DNA of 64,000 nucleotides from a virus (lineage: Duplodnaviria > Caudoviricetes), in IMG/VR virus record IMGVR_UViG_3300031994_000004, one strand, 5' to 3'. How positions within the stretch are numbered: position 1 is the first letter of the stretch; each line of letters starts with the position of its first letter. Shown here one piece after another: positions 58,718 to 64,000 of this stretch. The notes beneath the pieces are model-generated. The model saw only the letters and a program-made list of their open reading frames with translations, made no database searches and was not told where the DNA came from. A program made the position numbers and the translations under genes.

Positions 58718-59502
58718 TACATTTAGTTTGTTTAACAAAACCATATAACGAACTTGATTTTAAGATTTGGTACAAATGGCATAAGTTACTTGGAATTGAC
58801 AAAATCCATATTTTCCACAATGACAGTGATTTACGAATTGACAGACTGATAAATCCGCCTGATGAATATCAGTATATCAGTGGGTGGCCGAACCAATGGC
58901 AACTCTATAATGACATTTTGAATAAAAATACTCTCGGTTTCAAGAATGAAGATATAGTTATTTTCCTTGATGATGACGAATTTTTGTGGATTGACCAGAA
59001 AGAACCACTAGATGCTCTTTTAATGAAACAATTTAGAATGTTAGATTGTGTTATGGTGCCGCAAATTCTAATGAGTACAAAGGATGTGACTGAGCAACGT
59101 AGCACTAATCTAATTGAACACAGTTATTACAGAAGAAACGATTTAGCGAACCAGGGCAAATGTATACTTTTGTATAATGACAGAAACGAATACGATTTTA
59201 CAAAAGAAGAACAGAATGAACGAGGTCATATTCCGTTTATAAATGGAATGAGATTTAGTGATGTTGTAGGAAGTGACTGCTCCAAAACCACTTATGGCTT
59301 GGTCGCTTATGACGCTCCTGTGCGTTTATATCACTATCATATCAAATCATTAGACGATTGGAAACACAAACTTGCACGTGGAAGTGCTGCGAATACTGCC
59401 CAAATCTATGACGAGGATATAACTAAAAATAAATGGTATGGAGATTATTCAGTTATAGACCTAACAATGTTGAATACTGCGAAGAAAATTGGACTTTTGT
59501 AA
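58714..59502 (+). CDS. GT-A fold glycosyltransferase (GT2/GT92-like)
   Basis: WHKLLGIDKIHIFHNDS, IFLDDDEFL (DxD), LYHYHIKS. Confidence 0.75.
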   Translation: MIHLVCLTKPYNELDFKIWYKWHKLLGIDKIHIFHNDSDLRIDRLINPPDEYQYISGWPNQWQLYNDILNKNTLGFKNEDIVIFLDDDEFLWIDQKEPLDALLMKQFRMLDCVMVPQILMSTKDVTEQRSTNLIEHSYYRRNDLANQGKCILLYNDRNEYDFTKEEQNERGHIPFINGMRFSDVVGSDCSKTTYGLVAYDAPVRLYHYHIKSLDDWKHKLARGSAANTAQIYDEDITKNKWYGDYSVIDLTMLNTAKKIGLL

Positions 59503-59552
59503 ACAAAGTTTTACATAAAATCTATTGACTTTGTTCAAAATTTTTCTATATT
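59498..59552 (+). promoter_or_regulatory. promoter cassette with box (short spacing)
   Basis: Box 59498-515; TTGACT 59525; TATATT 59547. Confidence 0.75.
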
Positions 59553-59579
59553 AATGATATAGTGATAGTGAGGTAAACT

Positions 59580-59966
59580 ATGAAAATGGATAAATCTACA
59601 TTTTTTACGATGGAAGATATAGAAAAAGACTGGTCTGATACTTTTATAATAAGTACAGCCATTCGTGAACGTGATGATTACATTAAGGAATTGGAACAAA
59701 TTAAATACAAATATGAATTTGGTAAACATTTTGACCAGATTCATTCTTTTCTCTTTGAACTAGATTTTTGGGAAATTAGCGAACTAATTGGAGAAGAATT
59801 TGATAGGAAAATCACATTTAAAAGTAAAAATGGTTGTTTTGTGCTAAATTGTAAATTGGACGGTAATACAGAAATTTACAAAATCCAAAGAATTAGTGAA
59901 ACTGAATATTTTGTAGAATGTGGTTTTGATACGATTTTCAGCGAACTGGAGAAATTGGAGAAATAA
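59580..59966 (+). CDS. hypothetical protein
   Basis: GAGGT RBS. Confidence 0.65.
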   Translation: MKMDKSTFFTMEDIEKDWSDTFIISTAIRERDDYIKELEQIKYKYEFGKHFDQIHSFLFELDFWEISELIGEEFDRKITFKSKNGCFVLNCKLDGNTEIYKIQRISETEYFVECGFDTIFSELEKLEK

Positions 59967-60111
59967 AAAATGCTTAAATATGGTGGATTACTATTAGCAC
60001 TATCTGGTACTTTTATGCCATACGAAAATTCTTTTCAGTATGCCATTGGCGGTGTTCTTATTTTTGTAGGAACAATGATTTTCTTAAACACTAAACATAA
60101 GGAGAAATAAA

Positions 60112-60420
60112 ATGTTTAAAGATGAACTGTTCGCATTACAAGAGAAAGCCAATCCTCGTAACAACAACTTGCAGCATATAGTTGCGGAGTTTAAGGAGAC
60201 GATTAGAAATTGCGTGAAGGATGGTTTCTGTAAAGACAATAAAATGTCATTTCCTATTGCTGGTGGGAAAATTTCATGTAAAAATCCTCTATACCATGAA
60301 CCTACATGTTACATTGAAGACCTATCCGCTGTTGAAAAAATCTTCAAGAAAGAAGGTATAGATATGGACTGGTCTTATGACAGGACACACTTGAATGGAA
60401 CTTTAACTTTTAGGTGGTAA
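60112..60420 (+). CDS. hypothetical protein
   Basis: AAGGAG RBS. Confidence 0.65.
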   Translation: MFKDELFALQEKANPRNNNLQHIVAEFKETIRNCVKDGFCKDNKMSFPIAGGKISCKNPLYHEPTCYIEDLSAVEKIFKKEGIDMDWSYDRTHLNGTLTFRW

Positions 60421-60424
60421 AATA

Positions 60425-60895
60425 ATGTCAGATAAAGAACAACAACTGCTTGATTTGTTTGAAAAATACAAGGAAGACTTAGACGGTGGTAGACTCGAAG
60501 CTCTTTTTGAATTTACTGAAGAGTGTGAAAAAGAATTAAAGCAAAGTCCTAAGTATGGAAAAATTACTACTGCAATTATGCACTCTTATATTATGAGTGC
60601 TTATCAAGTAGGACGCAAGCGAGCAGAAGACTACTATAAAGCACTAAGGAAAGATGAAGAAGAACACAGGTTCCATTTGACTTGTGAAGAAACACCACCA
60701 GATGGCGAACTTGTATACTGTGTTGGTAAAGACCACTGTACACAGAAGGAATTGTCTGGAATCTATTTCTATCATAGTGGATATTGGTGGACTGATGAAC
60801 AGCGCAAGTCTGACGAATGTTGGTTTGATGGGTCAGGAATAAATGATTATGTATTTTATAAATGGATGAAACTTCCAAAAGACAAAAATGACTAG
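60425..60895 (+). CDS. hypothetical protein with DUF551-like C-terminus
   Basis: EETPPDGELV...WMKLP. Confidence 0.55.
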   Translation: MSDKEQQLLDLFEKYKEDLDGGRLEALFEFTEECEKELKQSPKYGKITTAIMHSYIMSAYQVGRKRAEDYYKALRKDEEEHRFHLTCEETPPDGELVYCVGKDHCTQKELSGIYFYHSGYWWTDEQRKSDECWFDGSGINDYVFYKWMKLPKDKND

Positions 60896-61196
60896 AAAAG
60901 AATTTAAAGAAAAATTATTTTCTTATTGTCAGTCATTGGGTTATACAATAACTGAACATTCGGTTGAATTTGAACCGTTTGGACCTTCTTTATTTTTATT
61001 TTCAAAATTTGATAGTTCATTTCATTATACACCAATACCTCCAAAAGGAAAAGTAACAACATTAAGAGGAATAAAAATAGATTATAATGAAGGAACATTA
61101 GAGATATATAAACATATTGCTAAAAAATGGTGTATGATAACAAAAGAATATAAAATAGAACAGAAACTTGAAAAAATTGGCAAGGATTTTGAATGA
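60888..61196 (+). CDS. DF-tail protein
   Basis: Ends QKLEKIGKDFE*. Confidence 0.8.
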   Translation: MTRKEFKEKLFSYCQSLGYTITEHSVEFEPFGPSLFLFSKFDSSFHYTPIPPKGKVTTLRGIKIDYNEGTLEIYKHIAKKWCMITKEYKIEQKLEKIGKDFE

Positions 61197-61465
61197 CAAG
61201 AGAAGAGTTTTTAAAAGCAATAAACGAATATAATATAAAAGTTTCTGCTTTACATAATTTGTATTATAAAGACATTGAAAGTCCAATAGTTTTATATGAT
61301 TGTAAATGTTATAGTGATAAAATACTGTATTTTGTTGTACAATCAGATAAAACATTTATAAATTCTTATGACGATTTATGTAAATTTTTTAAGAAAAAAC
61401 AAATAGAATATAAACAAAGTTTTATAAAAAATAAATTAAAAGAAATTAGTATAGATTTTGAATGA
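61193..61465 (+). CDS. DF-tail protein
   Basis: Ends NKLKEISIDFE*. Confidence 0.8.
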   Translation: MTREEFLKAINEYNIKVSALHNLYYKDIESPIVLYDCKCYSDKILYFVVQSDKTFINSYDDLCKFFKKKQIEYKQSFIKNKLKEISIDFE

Positions 61466-61468
61466 GGT

Positions 61469-61810
61469 ATGAATATGACGTTAAGAGAAGAGATGGAATT
61501 TGAACTTAGATTTTTCAAAAAATGTTTTGATGAAATTTTAAAAAATAATTCTGATTATAGAACAAAAATTTATAGAAAAAATGGAGTTCTTAATCTTTCT
61601 ATTATAGAAACATTAGATGAAGAACCTGAAATGGAAATTTATATATCATATACAAAAAATAAATATGATTCAGATGATTTTATAGTTAATGTTGAATTTC
61701 CATATTCTTATGATGATAATTATAATAATAAAGTAATAAAAATTTCTTATGCAGAAATTGATAATATACCAGATTTTTGTGCGGAACTTGCAAAAGATAA
61801 TTTAAAATAA
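61469..61810 (+). CDS. hypothetical protein
   Basis: GAGG RBS. Confidence 0.6.
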   Translation: MNMTLREEMEFELRFFKKCFDEILKNNSDYRTKIYRKNGVLNLSIIETLDEEPEMEIYISYTKNKYDSDDFIVNVEFPYSYDDNYNNKVIKISYAEIDNIPDFCAELAKDNLK

Positions 61811-61842
61811 GTTGATAAACTTAATAAAGATATTGGGTTAAA

Positions 61843-62154
61843 ATGAGTTACTTAGATGAAAAACTCCAAGAACTATTAAAAAGTTATGGATTGTATTGTA
61901 ATTCAGTAGGTAATTGGTTTACAAAACAATTACCAGATTCTCGTCATAATTGGATTGTTGCCGAGTATAATGATGATAATAAATCAATTTATATTGTTGA
62001 TAAGATTTACTTAAAAAATAATGAGATAATGTTTGGCGACTGCGTGAAATTAAAAAAGATTAATGACATCAAAAATAAATTAGGGCAGTTATTCAAAGAC
62101 ATTAAACAAATTAAAGTTGCACAAAAAATAAATGAATTTAAAAAGGATTTTTAA
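61843..62154 (+). CDS. DF-tail protein
   Basis: Ends QKINEFKKDF*. Confidence 0.8.
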   Translation: MSYLDEKLQELLKSYGLYCNSVGNWFTKQLPDSRHNWIVAEYNDDNKSIYIVDKIYLKNNEIMFGDCVKLKKINDIKNKLGQLFKDIKQIKVAQKINEFKKDF

Positions 62155-62156
62155 TT

Positions 62157-62363
62157 ATGGATATATTGGAACTAAATCAAAAAATATCAGAAGAAATAAG
62201 AGCAATAGTATCTATGTTTGGTAACATTAGTGTATCAGAATTTAATGTTAAAGTAGACAATGACAAAATTAACATAAGTTACAAAACAGAATATGGAGAA
62301 TCTAAATGTGAAAAAGATGATTCTGGTAAACGTATTAGAACACATAAATTAAAACTAAAGTAA
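62157..62363 (+). CDS. hypothetical protein
   Basis: Stop lies inside the promoter box. Confidence 0.55.
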   Translation: MDILELNQKISEEIRAIVSMFGNISVSEFNVKVDNDKINISYKTEYGESKCEKDDSGKRIRTHKLKLK

Positions 62364-62424
62364 ACAAAGTTTTACATAAAACTTATTTAAAACCATTGAC
62401 AGTTGTCAGTGGTTTTTCTATATT
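62359..62424 (+). promoter_or_regulatory. promoter cassette with box and hairpin
   Basis: Box 62359-76; TTGACA 62396; TATATT 62419; AAAACCATTGACA/TGTCAGTGGTTTT. Confidence 0.85.
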
Positions 62425-62459
62425 TACTTATGTAAACAACAAAACAAGAGGTAGCAAAA

Positions 62460-62759
62460 ATGAACATTTCCAAAATCAAAGAAATATGCGACAAGCTCCC
62501 GGATGTTAAGCCGCTCCAGCTCAAATATGGCGAACCGAAATCTCAGTTCATTCGTGAACTTGCAAAGAAGCATAACATTCCTCTTGCTGATGCGGCAGAT
62601 TTTGGTAACATTGAACCTGTTGTGATTGACGAAAACGCAAAGAAGGTTGATTTTGACACTACTGCGTTCTTCTCTAACCAAAATCTTGTTATGTTTTTGG
62701 ACGAAATGTACATTAACGGAATTACTGGTGAAACCTTTTTCAATGGGGAGAACAACTAA
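62460..62759 (+). CDS. hypothetical protein
   Basis: GAGGT RBS. Confidence 0.65.
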   Translation: MNISKIKEICDKLPDVKPLQLKYGEPKSQFIRELAKKHNIPLADAADFGNIEPVVIDENAKKVDFDTTAFFSNQNLVMFLDEMYINGITGETFFNGENN

Positions 62760-62956
62760 TGAATTTTACACAAAAACAAATTAACATCATTTCTAACGCA
62801 CTTCTTTGTTATAAAGATGAAAGTTATGAAACGGAAGATGAAATGGAAGATTTGGAAAAGTTGATAAACAAGTTTTCCGATTTGGAAGAATTGCCTGCCC
62901 AAGTTCATAAGATTATGGAAAATCTTAACAACATTTCAAATGTTGAGGTACACTAA
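62759..62956 (+). CDS. hypothetical protein
   Basis: TAATG coupling. Confidence 0.55.
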   Translation: MNFTQKQINIISNALLCYKDESYETEDEMEDLEKLINKFSDLEELPAQVHKIMENLNNISNVEVH

Positions 62957-63489
62957 TGCAAAAACAGATTTTAAAGAAAGCAAAACACGAACTACAAACG
63001 GCCTGGAGACGTGCTATGGAAGATGCCGGTTTCTATAAGGCCATTGAATACTCCGGTTGGTCTGCGTGGCGAGATAGTTATTCAACGAAGTGTAGATTTC
63101 AGTCTGCTGATACTGTTGGTGATTACAGAAGAATGCAAATTTACACTGACTATAGCCCAAACACCCGTAATGCGGAACTGTTGTTTGGCTTGGAATATGA
63201 CGAGAAAGTAGATAAGTTCTATATTGCGTATGTTTACAAGCCGAAGCCATCAGGAAATTATCCACCGAACAAGGAAGATGAAGAAAAAATTTTTATGAAT
63301 TATTTGGATTTTGATTATTTCAGGTGGCGTATCACTAAGGACCAAAACGCAATTTATAAAATGGTTTTTCCGAACTGGGAAGGCGATTTTACTGCGAACA
63401 AAAATCGTATTTGTTTGGATTTTTGCGGCTATGTTTCTAAAATGGTTGGTGCGTGGATGAGAGAACGAAAAATGACTGAAGATTTCTAA
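62956..63489 (+). CDS. DF-tail protein
   Basis: Ends RERKMTEDF*. Confidence 0.75.
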   Translation: MQKQILKKAKHELQTAWRRAMEDAGFYKAIEYSGWSAWRDSYSTKCRFQSADTVGDYRRMQIYTDYSPNTRNAELLFGLEYDEKVDKFYIAYVYKPKPSGNYPPNKEDEEKIFMNYLDFDYFRWRITKDQNAIYKMVFPNWEGDFTANKNRICLDFCGYVSKMVGAWMRERKMTEDF

Positions 63490-63555
63490 TGTAAATAAAG
63501 TTTTACATAAAATTGTTGTATTTTCATTGACAAACTGTATAATTATTTCTATATT
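63490..63555 (+). promoter_or_regulatory. promoter cassette with box
   Basis: Box 63490-507; TTGACA 63527; TATATT 63550. Confidence 0.8.
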
Positions 63556-63580
63556 ATATGGTATAAAAGAGAGGTACAAT

Positions 63581-63826
63581 ATGAAATACAAATACAAGGA
63601 CCACTACAACCGAAAATACAACTTTATGGTTCGTGCCAGATTTAATTCTGTTGATAACGCAAAGCAGTTTATGTGGGATAACGATGAATTTGTTGAGAGC
63701 GAACAAGAAGACCACGCTGAAGATTGGTTGATTTTCTTTGTCAAGAATAAGACTGTTCTCTTTAAGCTTTACAAGCTGCTCACTGAAAACGAAACTGTTG
63801 AGTATTTTGAATTGGTCAGTAAGTAA
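63581..63826 (+). CDS. hypothetical protein
   Basis: GAGGT RBS. Confidence 0.65.
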   Translation: MKYKYKDHYNRKYNFMVRARFNSVDNAKQFMWDNDEFVESEQEDHAEDWLIFFVKNKTVLFKLYKLLTENETVEYFELVSK

Positions 63827-64000
63827 GGAGAATTTATGACATACTGGTTTGTAAATGTTGATGGCAAGTGGTCTAAACCATTCACTTACTATCCTGTCGC
63901 AAAATACAATTCCACAAAGAAAGATGTGAAGATTTACGAAGTTAATTTGGACGAACTGCCAAAGAAAACTCTCGTATGGAAGTCTAAAATTTAACAACAA

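Overview
AT-rich, gene-dense window in which every supportable gene lies on the + strand, with frequent TAATG/ATGA stop-start overlaps. It reads as the accessory or early region of a large lytic phage. No capsid, tail or replisome core genes, tRNAs or CRISPR array were seen, and the standard genetic code fits. Recognisable enzymes: a deamidated-route NAD set (NadD-Nudix fusion, PncA, NadE, stand-alone Nudix), M18 aminopeptidase, Hsp20, GroEL, CoaE-like kinase, AroE-like dehydrogenase, Thg1-like protein, SPFH protein, radical SAM, two HNH proteins, PTP-like phosphatase, GNAT, deaminase, metallophosphoesterase and a glycosyltransferase. Main unexplained structures: (1) about 40 mostly unrelated small soluble proteins ending in the same helical tail, roughly K/R-L/I-x-x-I/L/M-x-x-D-F plus 0-2 residues; (2) about 20 copies of a sigma70-type promoter cassette, many with a helically phased TGTAAA-N6-TTTACA box and/or a covarying hairpin wrapped around the -35; (3) three or four genes that need a +1 shift at an in-frame CGG; (4) degenerate terminase-like and prohead-protease-like fragments; (5) two structured non-coding regions. 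All family calls are by-eye motif recognition, and no database searches were run.
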